Shown: positions 24,325 to 38,142 of the stretch, in pieces
Layout of the letters: each line of letters begins with the position of its first letter
Position numbering within the stretch: the stretch's first letter is position 1
Assembly: GCA_965112735.1 (NCBI GenBank)
Contig: OZ218955.1
Span: 2,418,001-2,482,000 of the forward strand
Direction of reading: 5' to 3'
Source of the DNA: Phaeosaccion multiseriatum
Lineage: Eukaryota > Protista > Ochrophyta, other classes
DNA: 64,000 bases
Program-made: the position numbers and the translations under genes
Notes under the pieces: generated by a model
Seen by the model: only the letters and a program-made list of their open reading frames with translations
What the model was told of the DNA's origin: nothing
The model's database searches: none

Positions 24325-24420
24325 AGCCGTGTCTGATTACTGATTATGACCGGCGCCAGCCGGCCTGATTACTGATTATGACCGGCGCTAGCCGGTCTGA
24401 TTACTGATTATGGCCGGCGC
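24325..24420. repeat. 3 x ~32-bp tandem repeat with an internal palindrome
   Basis: Unit agccggtc-tgattac-tgattat-gaccggcgc(c/t). The arms gccggtc/gaccggc are inverted. Confidence 0.85.
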
Positions 24421-24545
24421 ACACTGTAACCTTGTCCAGGGCCGATAAGTCGGAGAGAGAAAGGAAAGAAGGAAAAGAGAGAAGAGAGAAAGAGAGGGGA
24501 AGAGAAGGGATGCCATGCAATAAAGAGAACATCTTATTCGAAGTA

Positions 24546-26368
24546 TTATATTCTCTGTGCCGCCGCGGCGCAGATGATCCGGACAGCGTCTTTCATCTGC
24601 TGGTGAGAGAGGAAGGCGTTGGTGGTGACGCGCAGCGACGGCGGTGGCCGGAAGCTCTCGTTACGCACGTACTCGCCCGTGCAGACGGCGAGGCCCTGGT
24701 CGAGGCAGTACGCGGCCATGGCCTGCAGCATGTCGTGCTGCGCGGCGTGGGGCAGGCCGCCGTCGGCGTGCCCGCGGTCTGCGACGCGGATGTGCATGAT
24801 GGGGGAGCGCCTGTCCGACGCCACGAACAGCTTCTCGCGGAAGACGGGATGGTTCTCCAGGAGAGAGCACATGGTCTCCGTGGCCTGGCGCAGCTGTTCC
24901 AGCAGGTGGGGCTGCTCCTGCATGAGGCGAAGGCTCTCCGCTGCAACTGCGCTGACAAAGGGGGGCGCCGCGGCCGAGAAGCAGTACCCCGCGGCGGACA
25001 GGCGCTGGTGGTTCACCACGTCCGTAGCACCGATGCAAATGCCCCCGATGGAGGCCATGGAGTGCGCCAGGCTGATGGTGATGACCTCTGCGCATGAGAA
25101 GGGGAGGCCGAACTCCTCGGTCACGCCCCTGCCCGTCTGTCCCAGCACGCCAAAGCTGAAGCTCTCGTCCAGAATGAGGCGGTACTTGTACTTGTTCTTG
25201 AGGTCCAGCAGCTCGGCAAGCGGACACACGTCACCGTAGTTGCGGTACAAGCCCTTGGGGGGGAAGAAGGGGTGCAGGCGAAGGGGTGAGGCAGATGTGC
25301 AAGTCACAAGTCACAGCAGCAAGCGAGGCGGGGTCATAATAATCTCTGCCAACTCACCTCCACCACAATGAAGCGGCGCTGCTCCAGCACGTTTCGCTTC
25401 GTTCTCAAATCCTCCTCCCTAATCTCCTCGAGCACAGCCTCCAGGTCCGTCATGTCGTTGTGGTTAAAGGTGCGTACAATGGACCTGCTGAGGTTGAGGC
25501 CCGTCTGCACAGCCTCGCCCACTCCCCGATCCGCAATGATGACGTCCCCCTTCTTGGAGAAGGCCGGGATGCAGCTGCTCACGGTCGTCGCGCTGTCGGA
25601 GTACATGATGGCCTCGTAGGGCGCGCAGAACTCTGTGAAGCGGTCTTCGAGGAACATGTGCTGGTCTATGGTGCCGTAGAAGCCCCTCGGCCCGCACGAA
25701 CCGCAGCCGTACTTGTCCAGCACCCTCAGGGCGGCCTCCTTGAGCTGTGGCTGCTGCCCCATGCCCAAGAAATCGAAGCTCGACATGTTCAGGGCCCGCT
25801 TGGCCTGGCCCCTGCCACCAGCACCCGCACCAGGCCGGAGCTCCAGGTAGTTTCCCTGGACCCTCTCCACCACGGCCGTGTTGGCGACGAGCTTCTCTTC
25901 CGCCTGGGACAGCGCAGGCACGAGCGGCTCCGGCTCCCACTCATCGAGCAGCTCGGCCACATCCTTCTTAGACAGCTTGCCCTGGGCACTGGCTCGAGGG
26001 TTGGTCGTCTTCTTTATGATCAAGATGTAGATGATGAACACAATCAGCGCCGTCTCCACCACCACATGGTAGGGGTCGCTCCTCACCAGATCCAGCCACC
26101 ACCTGCCATAAAGCTGGGCGAGGTCGGACACATTACCCACCCCACTAAAGTCCACCGTGTCTCCGAACGCCCAGCGCATCGAGGCGTCCAGCATAGAAGG
26201 CTCTATTGCCTCTACATGGGCCTCCTCCTCTGGAGCTGCTGCTGCTGCTACTTCTACCACTGCTGCTACAGCTTCTACTGTTGCTTCTACCGTTGCTTCT
26301 GCTGCTGCTGCTGCTGTTCCCGCTGCTGTTGATGCTACATCGGCAACCAACTGTAAGGCGAGCACCAT
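24546..26368 (-). CDS. LCB1: Serine palmitoyltransferase subunit LCB1 (2 exons)
   Basis: PYHVVVETALI, LLDEWEPEPLVP, LNMSSFDFLG, KYGCGSCGPRGFYGTID, LDESFSFGVLG and HQRLSAAGYCFSA. Lacks the PLP-binding Lys (SLAH), as expected for LCB1. Confidence 0.95.
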
Positions 26369-26607
26369 CACAGCACCTGAGGAGCGGCTGCGGCCGCCGC
26401 CCCCGCTGCCGCTACAACTGCTGCTGCTGCTGTACTCCCTGCGGCTCTTCCCTCCGCTGCTGTTGCCTGCTGCTGCCCGCTAAGGCCCTCCAGTGGCGGG
26501 GGTGGGGGCGACTTCGCGGCGGTGGAGGCAATGATGAGGAGAAGAGGGTGGAGGTGTCGTTGACATATTTTTTTTCCCCCCTAAAAATAAGATCATCAAA
26601 AATTTTA

Positions 26608-29600
26608 ATGCTGCTCCTCCTGGTGCTGCTGCTGGCGGCAGCTACCACTGCTACTGGAGCTCATGGCCGGGCTGTGACCACCTCCCTCGTGGCCCAGTGG
26701 CCGCGCTCCTCGTTGTCCTCTCTGGCCGAGGTGGGCGAGTACTTGGCCGATGAGCACCGCCTTCAGAGCCAGGTCGGAAGCAGCGGCAGCGGCAGCCGCA
26801 GCAGCTTTTGGGCGTACTTAGAAATCGTCGGAGGCTCTGTGGATGAGTCTCAAGACGTCGAGAGTCTCGCAGTTGCCGCCGCGGTGGAGGCCGGAGAGTT
26901 GGATGACGCGGACATCCAACTGCTTCACTTGTTCCTCTCCTCGCACACATATTCCATTACCGTGGAGTCCCACCGTGCCTTGGCCAGTGCCTCTGCTCAG
27001 TCGTGTGGATACGGAGAGACGCATTTAGACTCGCGAGATGTGGCGGCAGCATGGGCTGTCCTCCTGCCGAGCGGGACGGTGGCGTGCAGCGTCGAGTCTC
27101 TGGAGCTCGAGCTCCTCCAGATGCAGCAGCAGCAGCAGCAGCAGCAAGGGGAGGAGGAGAAGGAGGAGGGGTTTTGTGGAGAGCTTTACCCTTCTTCTAC
27201 TGCTGACGGCATCCTACCTCACGACCACGTCTATAGGACCGATGCGGGGGGCGAGGGTGATGCAGCGGCGGTGTTGTACGGGGCCTTGGGGACGCCGAGC
27301 ATGCTCCACCTGCACCGCTTGCTCAAGGCGGAGGTCGACGCTGGCAGGTTGGGGACGTACATCTTTCGGCACGCGCTGCCACTGTCCCGAGAGGAGCTTA
27401 GCAGCAGCAGCAACTTGCAGGGGTTTGGGGTGTACTTGGACATCAAGGACATGGAGTACTCCGCTATCAACTCGTCCGAGGAGGAAGAGGAACCCACAGA
27501 AGGAGACGAGACGAGTGAACAAGGCAAGGTTCTGACAGATGACGAGCCCGACCTCGATACAGACGGGCTAAAGGTGAGGTGTAGTTGCAGATTCGACAGT
27601 CTCTCTCTCCCTTGCTCACGTCGTTCGTGACTAACTTGCTTCCTGGCTTGCTTCAGATCTCCAAGCTCCGGGACTTGGGCCTGCAGGCTCTGCTGGCCAT
27701 TGTGGACTTATCCACAGACCCCATCGAGGTGCTGGAGGATATCTCGCAAAACTTCCCTCTGCACGCCGCCCCGCTCTCCAAGCGGCGCGTGCCCCGCGCT
27801 CTCCGCTCCGAAGTGGGCGTGTTGCAGCAGCTCACGTCCAGCATGAGCGCGGGCATGCTGTACATCAATGGCCTGCCCAACCCGCTGGACGCCTTCCAGT
27901 TCAACGTATTTGGGCTGCTCAAGACGCTGCGCAAGGAGGCGGCGCAGCTGAGGCGCGTGCAGGGCTTGCACTTGCCGGTGCAGACCCGAGAGGTTCTGGC
28001 CATGGCTCTTGACGCTGACATGCCTCCTCCGGGGGGGCCGGGCGAGAACGTTCGGATCGACGTACTGAGGGACCCTGCTGTGAAGGCCGGAGGGGTGATC
28101 TGGATCAACAACATTGGTCAGTGGTGGCAGGCGTGAAGTGGGGGGGTGCATCAAGCTGTCGGCGCTTGCTTGTCTTCTCACAAACCTCCTCTCACCCTCA
28201 GAAAGAGATGCTGCCTACTCGAGCTGGAGCAGGAGTCTGTCGAGCCTCATGGGCTTTGGCTTCGGAGGTGGGCAGCGCGTGCGCCGCAATTGGGCTCACT
28301 TGCTGCTCTGCGTGGACCCCATGACTGCGCACGGCCGAGAGGCCCTGCAAGTGCTCCTCCCGGCGGTCGCACATCAGCAGATCCCTGTGCGACTCGCCGT
28401 GCTGCTCGTGTCGGACGAAGACCTCCGCGCAGGTCAGTCAGGCTCTAGCGCCCTTGGTGGGGCAAGCGAATGGCCCCGTAGGGCCTAAGTTCCAACCAAG
28501 CCGTACACCCTCCCCTTCTCCACAACAACTCAGTGAAAGAAACAGGCACAATCGGAGAAAGCGGCGAGGCGACGGCCCGGGATGTGGCAGAGCTGTCGGC
28601 CCTGGCCCTGCGGCAGGAGCATGGGAGGGGGGGGCGGAGCGTGTTAGACTTCCTCCTCGACGTGACGGGGGGGGAGGAGGGAGGCCCAGGCACCCGACAG
28701 GAGCTCGTCCGAGCCTATGCGCAGGCCTTGGGCGGAGACGACGACGAGAAGGAGGTAAGGAGGGCTCCTGTGGCGGCCTCATCCAATGGCTCGTTCCTCT
28801 CCCCCGTTTGCCGTTTCTCACTACCAGGGCCTTTTCTTTTGCAGGCATGGGCGGCCCTGCAGGAGAGGCCGGAGGGGGGGGAGATCCGCTCAGACTCTGC
28901 GGCTCTGAAGATGGCAAGGCTCGCGGCATCCAAGGGCCTCCCCTCTGGCGGCTGCTGGATGCTCAACGGGAGGATGTTCGAGGACGTGTCTGCCATAACC
29001 ACCTCGCTCATGCAGGCCGTGCAGGAGGAGCAGTACTTGCTCATACAGATGCTCATGGTGGGTGGGGGGTGAGGGGTGAGAAGCGAGCGACGCGAGAGAA
29101 GCACCGCCAGAGCGGCCCCCCGCTGACGCCATCGCCTGTCCCGCGCCTCTGTCCTTTGTGTCCTCGCTGCAGGACGGCTCTGTAACCGACGCATCCCGCG
29201 GGCTATACTCCAAGCTGCTGTCCCACCCATCCATAAGCGTGTTCCAGAAGCACCACCCCCTCCTCTCAGAGTCGCCGAGTAGCCTTCGTTTACAGCTGTT
29301 GGAAAGCCCGGAGGTAGGCATACTGCCCTGGGGTTGTATCATTTTTATTCGCGTGTACTCCAGCCAAATTCGGTTATGTTCCAAGAGGAAACTCATTCAG
29401 CGCCCCCTCCCCTCCCCTCCCCTCCCCTTTGTTTCCCTCTCAGGCGGATGAATGGGTGCGGCGCTTGTGGTGGCACCACTCTCCCGGCACTGCAGGGGAT
29501 ATCAAGCCCTTGTCCTTCATCCTTGCGCTCGACCCCTCAAGCCGAGGGGGGATCAAAGCGCTGCGGAGCGTGCTCAGCCTGCTCCACGACAGCCCAGCAC

Positions 29601-31970
29601 CAGGTAGCTCCCCAGAGGAGGAGGCCTTGAGCAGCTTCAGCAGGGAGAAGATGAGGGTAGCAATTGCGTGGAATCCTTCTCCCGCCCTGCTGCAGGCCTG
29701 CCAGGCAAGCTCATCATCCGGCAGCGTCGAGGAGGTCGAGATAGGGCTGCGCCTGATGCGAGTGATGGAGGCACTCAACTTGGAGCGAGAGATGTTCCCC
29801 TCGGCGGCGGCAGGGGCGAGCTTGGCGCTGCTGGAGGCCCTAGAGGCGTCCCCAGAGGGTGGGCCAGAGGGTGGGCTGATTGGGCTGTCTCTGGACCTGC
29901 TCCGAGGGGAGGCCGTGCTGAGAGACGCACTCGCTGGTGCTGAGGCGGAGGACGGGCTGGAGGGGCTGGAGGGGCTAGTGGGGAGATTCACCGCGGCGTG
30001 GGGTCTGCAGGACGGCTGCGCAAAGGTGCGGCGGGTGCGTGTGTGACGTTGCAAAACAGACTATGTACTTGTTCCTTTCGTACCTCCAGACTGGACCGGC
30101 CTGACTTGGCTAGCCAATAGCGTTTGATCCCTGTGTAACCCCCTATCCTCAGAGCCTGGCCCTGATGGAGGAGCAGGCGGCGATCACACGCAGAGTGCTG
30201 GGCTTGGATGCGGGGGAGCAGGAGGTGGTCGCCAACGGGAGGCGGATGGCGCTCGGTGCACACACAGGTGAGGGGGGGGCGCTGGACGAAGGCCCTCAGT
30301 GGCTTCCACCAACCCGCACTCATCCTCCCATTCCCTGTCCTGTCTGCATTTCCCTCTCTCCCCCTCTCTCTGTCCCTCCCTCTCTTCTTCTCCCGCTCTC
30401 CCCACCACCCCAGCCCTGGGCGAGGCTGAGCTGTCTCTCCTATCTGATAGCCAGGCCCCGCTCGCCGAGTACGTGGCCTCCGCCGCCTTGGAGTGGGACT
30501 GGTCCAGCTTTGAGTGGGAAGGCCCAGGCGCAGCTCGACCAGAGGCAGAGGCAGATCTCCGCAGCTCGTGCCTCATGCGCTTGATGGGCTTCCTGCAGAA
30601 CTACCAACGACAGGTTGGTAAAGAAGAGGCGGGTAGGGCGTGTATGGCGGGCAAGGCGGCAGGGCAGGCACACGTACGGCGGCTTGTCGAGAGGGGTTGC
30701 ACAGTTGCGAGCCTCTGCCCTGCTTGCCCTTCTTGCTCCTTGCTCACTCCCCGGCTTCCCCTCCCCTCCGACCCTCTCTCCCTGCAGGGGAGGGTGCCAA
30801 TCCTGTCGGAGCTAAGGGCCCTACCGGAGCTCATGGGCAGCAAGGAGCCTCTACAGTCGCTCGTCACCGTCGAGCCCGCACACAATGTACGCACACAGCT
30901 GCAGGAAGGGGCGTCGCTTGCCTTGCCTCCATCACGCGGTGGTCCGACGAAGTCTTGAGTACGATTAACGAAGTGCACGCCTGCTCTGCTCTGCTCCCCC
31001 CCCTCCTCCCCCCTCCTAGCGGCCGCAGCAGGACCCCCTGTGCATGCAGATCGTGGCTGTGCTGGACCCGCTGTCCATGGCCACTCAGCGCGTGGCGTCT
31101 GTGCTGCGCGTGCTTCGAGACGACTTGGGCCTGTCCACCAGCCTGCTCCTCGTGCCGCAGCCAAGAGTCAGGGACATGCCGCTACAGAACTTTTATCGAT
31201 TCGTGTTCGGGTGAGTGGGTGGGTGAGTAGATGGCAGGAAGGGACTGCCCTACTCACCCCCCTCTCCTATCCTATCCTATCCTACCCTATCCGTTCCCTC
31301 CCCTCGGAGTCAGCCTGCGCTCTCTGCGCTCTGTCGGAACGAACGATTACATCTGACCCACTGTCTGACCTGTGCCGTCTCCTTTCATCGCCCTTCTGCG
31401 ACATTGCTTGCCCTATGGAGCAGCTCCGCCGCAGCAGCCGGTGGTGACGTGGCGATGTTTGAGGGCCTCCCCCCTCAGCACGTGCTGACCATGCGGCTCG
31501 ACACCCCCGAGGCGTGGAACGTGCAGCAGCTCACCGCTGTGCAGGTGAGGGGGGTGAGGAGGAGGAGGAGGGGGCACATTCTCAAGGCCAGTCCCAGTCT
31601 CCTCGTTGGGCGTCTTCTGCCGTTGACCCCCCCCCCTCCCCTCCCGCCTGCGCAGGACACGGCCAACTTGAGGTGCGACGTATCTGAATGCGGCGACGAT
31701 GGCACGACGGTAAGAGGCCGTGGCAAGAAGCAGCAAAGCAAATCGCTGTCTACAACACCTGCTCCGCCCCTCTGCGTGCGTTGTGTCCTCAGTCGACTTC
31801 CGTGGGGTACGAGCTGAAGCACATTCTGCTGTCGGGGCAGTGCTTCGACAAGACCGCTCCCAAGACCCCCTCCCCCCCCACGGGGCTGCAACTCAGGCTC
31901 GCACGAGGCGACAGCACCAGCACCACAGACACGGTACATCCATCTCAGACTGTGTGTGTGTCTGTCTGTC

Positions 31971-32029
<59 letters not shown>

Positions 32030-34339
32030 CAGTGCGACAGTGTGACAGGGTGCGCCAGTGCATCAGACAGAGAGGAAAGTCTGAGTCGAATGCGCATGCT
32101 GTGCCGTGCTGTGCTCTCTCTTCCAGGTGGTGATGCAAAATTACGGATATTTCCAAGTCAAGGCCACGCCGGGTGAGTCGCCATCGCTGGCGAGATACTT
32201 TTACCTTCCATCCTCGCGCGCTAATTTCTCTCCTTCTCCTCCTTTCCCTCGGCACGGTGGGCACTCACTACCCTCATAACGCATTCCAATGACAATGCAC
32301 AATGCAGGCGCGTGGCTGCTCGGGCCTGCGGAAGGGCAGAGCGCCGAGCTCTTCTCCATCATCCCTGAGGGGGCATCTGCAGTTGCGGGCAGCAACCGCT
32401 CCAGCCCCGCCTTGCCTCCGGTCGAGCAGCAGCAGCAGCAGTGGCAAGTTGCGGTTGTGGACTCGTTCGAGAGCCATGTAGAGAAGCTCAGTGTGAGGAA
32501 GAGGCCCGGCCTGGAACACGAGACGCTGCGCAGCCTCTCTGCCAAGGCCGCACAAGCCAAGGTCCGTGCTGCGCGGTGCTGGGGCCCACACCGACTCCTT
32601 TTCTCTTCGATGGAGTCACGCACTCACATACCCCTCTTGTCTGTCTCTTTCGGGCCCTGGTCTGGACCTTATGATCTGTTATGTATATATGTGTGTGCGT
32701 GTGTGTGCGTGTGTGCCCCTTGGCAGGCAAGCGCAGGCTCAACCTCAAGCTCGGGTGACTCGGACGAGGACCCTTATATCCACGTGTTCTCTCTGGCCAC
32801 GGGGCACCTCTACGAGCGCTTCCTGCGCATCATGATGTTATCGGCGCACAAGCGTAGCCCCTCCAAGCCGCTCAAGTTCTGGCTGCTCGAGAACTTCCTC
32901 AGCCCGTCCTTCAAGGACAGCGCGGCGGCCATGGCGAGGGAGTACGGCTTCGCGGTGGAGTACGTCACGTACAAGTGGCCGGAGTGGCTCCTCCAGCAGA
33001 CAGAACTCCAGTAAGTCAATAATCAGTAGGCGCAACTCTCATAGAGGATAGAGGACACGGAGAAAGGAGAGGGGACGGAGTGCCCATCATCCCACTGCTC
33101 TTACCTTGCTTGCTTTGCCCCCCCTATCTATCTGTCGCACCCCCTCTCGCACCCCCCCCTATTAGGAGGGTGATCTGGGGCTACAAGATCCTCTTCCTCG
33201 ACGTGCTGTTCCCCATCGATGTCAAGAAGGTCATCTACATCGACGCCGACCAGGTCATCCGAGCGGACCTGGCCGAGCTGTGGGAGCTTGACCTGCAGGG
33301 CCACTCCTATGCGTACACGCCCTTCTGCAGCAGCCGGGAGAGCACGCTGGGCTACCAGTTCTGGAGGGGCGGCTTTTGGAAGAACCACTTGGCCGGCAAC
33401 GCCTACCACATCAGCGCGGTAGGTCTCGAGTCAAGTCCCGCTGCCTGGGGCAGAGCACTGATCTCCTTTCTTCTTCCTCCTCCTCCTCCTCCTCCTCCTC
33501 CTCCTCCTCCTCCTCCTCCTCCTCCTCCTCCTCCTCCTCCTCCTCCTCCTCCTCAGCTTTACGTGGTAGACTTGGAGGTGTTCCGGCAGCACGCAGTGGG
33601 TGATTCGCTTCGCTCCGTGTACAACTCGCTGGCCAGGGACCCCAACTCCCTCTCCAACCTTGACCAGGTGGGCGCGTGTGTGCCGTCCATTTTGTGGCCC
33701 CGTAGTACCCACCTCTGCGGCTCTCCCCTCATCGCTTTCCTCCCCTCGCTGTCCTCCTCCCCTCACCGCCTTCCTCTCCAGGACCTGCCCAACTATGCGC
33801 AGCACGAGGTGCCCATCTTTTCACTCCCCCAAGAATGTAAGTCTGACAGAGACACCAATTAACGACGCAGGACTTGACGGATGGATGGATGCAAAAAGAG
33901 TGAAGTGATTGGAGGCCCTGCCCCTCCCTCTCTCTCCCCTGCACTGAGTCAACGCCCTACTTCTGCTCTCATTGAACGCCCTTCCCTCCCCCCGCCCCAG
34001 GGCTGTGGTGCGAGAGCTGGTGCAGCGACGAAAGCAAGGCCTCCGCCAAGACCATCGACTTGTGCAACAACCCGCAGCACAAGGAGCCCAAGCTAGACAT
34101 GGCCAAGCGGGTCATCAGCGGGCCTCTCTTTGAGGTACATGTACAAGGGGGGGGGGCGTCGTTCTCGCGGCTTGGGCGATAGAATAAGGAATAAGACTCA
34201 CGCCTCCATGCTAATGCGCATGCTCGCATCTCTTATCTTATCCTCTTCTCTCTTGTCTTGTGTCTCGCAGGAGAGCTGGCTAGAGCTTGACGAGGAGGTG
34301 AAAAGCGTCCAGCGGAGAGCCGGGCTGCTGCCTTCTTGA
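26608..34339 (+). CDS. UGGT: UDP-glucose:glycoprotein glucosyltransferase (many exons)
   Basis: Signal peptide, [86 protein letters not shown] and IDLCNNP. Confidence 0.96.
31951..32028. repeat. (GT)n microsatellite in a UGGT intron
   Basis: Directly visible. Confidence 0.9.
33470..33553. repeat. (CCT)n microsatellite forming a UGGT intron polypyrimidine tract
   Basis: Run of CCT ending at cag|CTTTAC. Confidence 0.9.
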
Positions 34340-34408
34340 TCTCTTATTGAGGGCTGCTGCCTTCTTGATCTCTTATTGAGGGCTGCTGCCTTCTTGATCT
34401 CTTATTGA
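34322..34408. repeat. 3 x 29-bp perfect tandem repeat spanning the UGGT stop codon
   Basis: gggctgctgccttcttgatctcttattga at 34322, 34351 and 34380. Confidence 0.92.
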
Positions 34409-34591
34409 ATACCCACACCCCTACCTCCCAGGCTGTAGCGCCACAAGAGGCAGGAATAGAAGGGGAGAAGTTGTGTATTGGTTATTCTTTGTATAGCACA
34501 CATAGTACTGTAATGTATTGGTTATTCTTTGTTCTACCAAGTACATACATATTACGGAGGATTTCCCCTCCCCCCCCTTGCCCTGCCTACC

Positions 34592-37556
<2,965 letters not shown>

Positions 37557-37724
37557 ATTAAAGCCTTTCCTTCACTCCTGCCAAGCCCGAAAGTCTCTTA
37601 TCTTTGTGAGAACGGGTGCGCGGGATTGGAACTGTTACGTTTCGGCGAAACCAACAACCAACGTGGAAGGAGATGTCATTTGTGAAAGGAAGGTGTGAGC
37701 CTCACCTAAGGTGCGTAGGCGACA

Positions 37725-37852
37725 GCATAGCGTCAGCCGGCCTTGGGGGGGGGGGGCGTGCTATCCGCTATCGCCGGCGCCAGCCGATCCGCTATCCGCT
37801 ATCGGCCGTAGCGCGCTATCGAGAATGTGGGCGATAGCGCGTCAGGGGTCGC
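37725..37852. repeat. Palindromic element related to the 13.3-13.7 kb element
   Basis: 10-bp hairpin cgcgctatcg/cgatagcgcg. Shares the exact 17-mer agcgtcagccggccttg with the reverse complement of 13528-13544. Confidence 0.7.
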
Positions 37853-38142
37853 AAGAGGAAGGGAGTGGTGATCAAATATACGTCCTCTCTCCATAAGTAT
37901 TAACTCCCCTGCGGATCACTCGCTCATCCGCTGCCCTACTGCTGCCTACAAGCCTTTTCCCTTGCTCCCCCCCTCTCTCCCTGGAGCCTGCCACATGAAT
38001 GAGCCCAGTGATGCGCAGTACGCCTAATACAGCAACACCCCAAGACCCGCCCCCTCTACACAGGGCGGCACCAAGTGGAGTCGGGTAGATCAATTATCAT
38101 CCCCAACGGAGCTGCGGAGGCAACGCACGCTCAAGTGCTTGC

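Noticed and set aside
24325-24420. CRISPR-like array
   Set aside because: Units are contiguous with no unique spacers, there are no cas genes, and the context is eukaryotic.
26206-26607. Upstream extension of the UGGT ORF
   Set aside because: Overlaps the LCB1 start and the shared promoter; the signal peptide begins at ATG 26608.
34322-34408. CRISPR-like 29-bp repeats
   Set aside because: Head-to-tail tandem copies without spacers.
37843-37912. hAT-like TIR pair CAGGGG..CCCCTG
   Set aside because: Only about 6-7 bp of complementarity and no target-site duplication seen.
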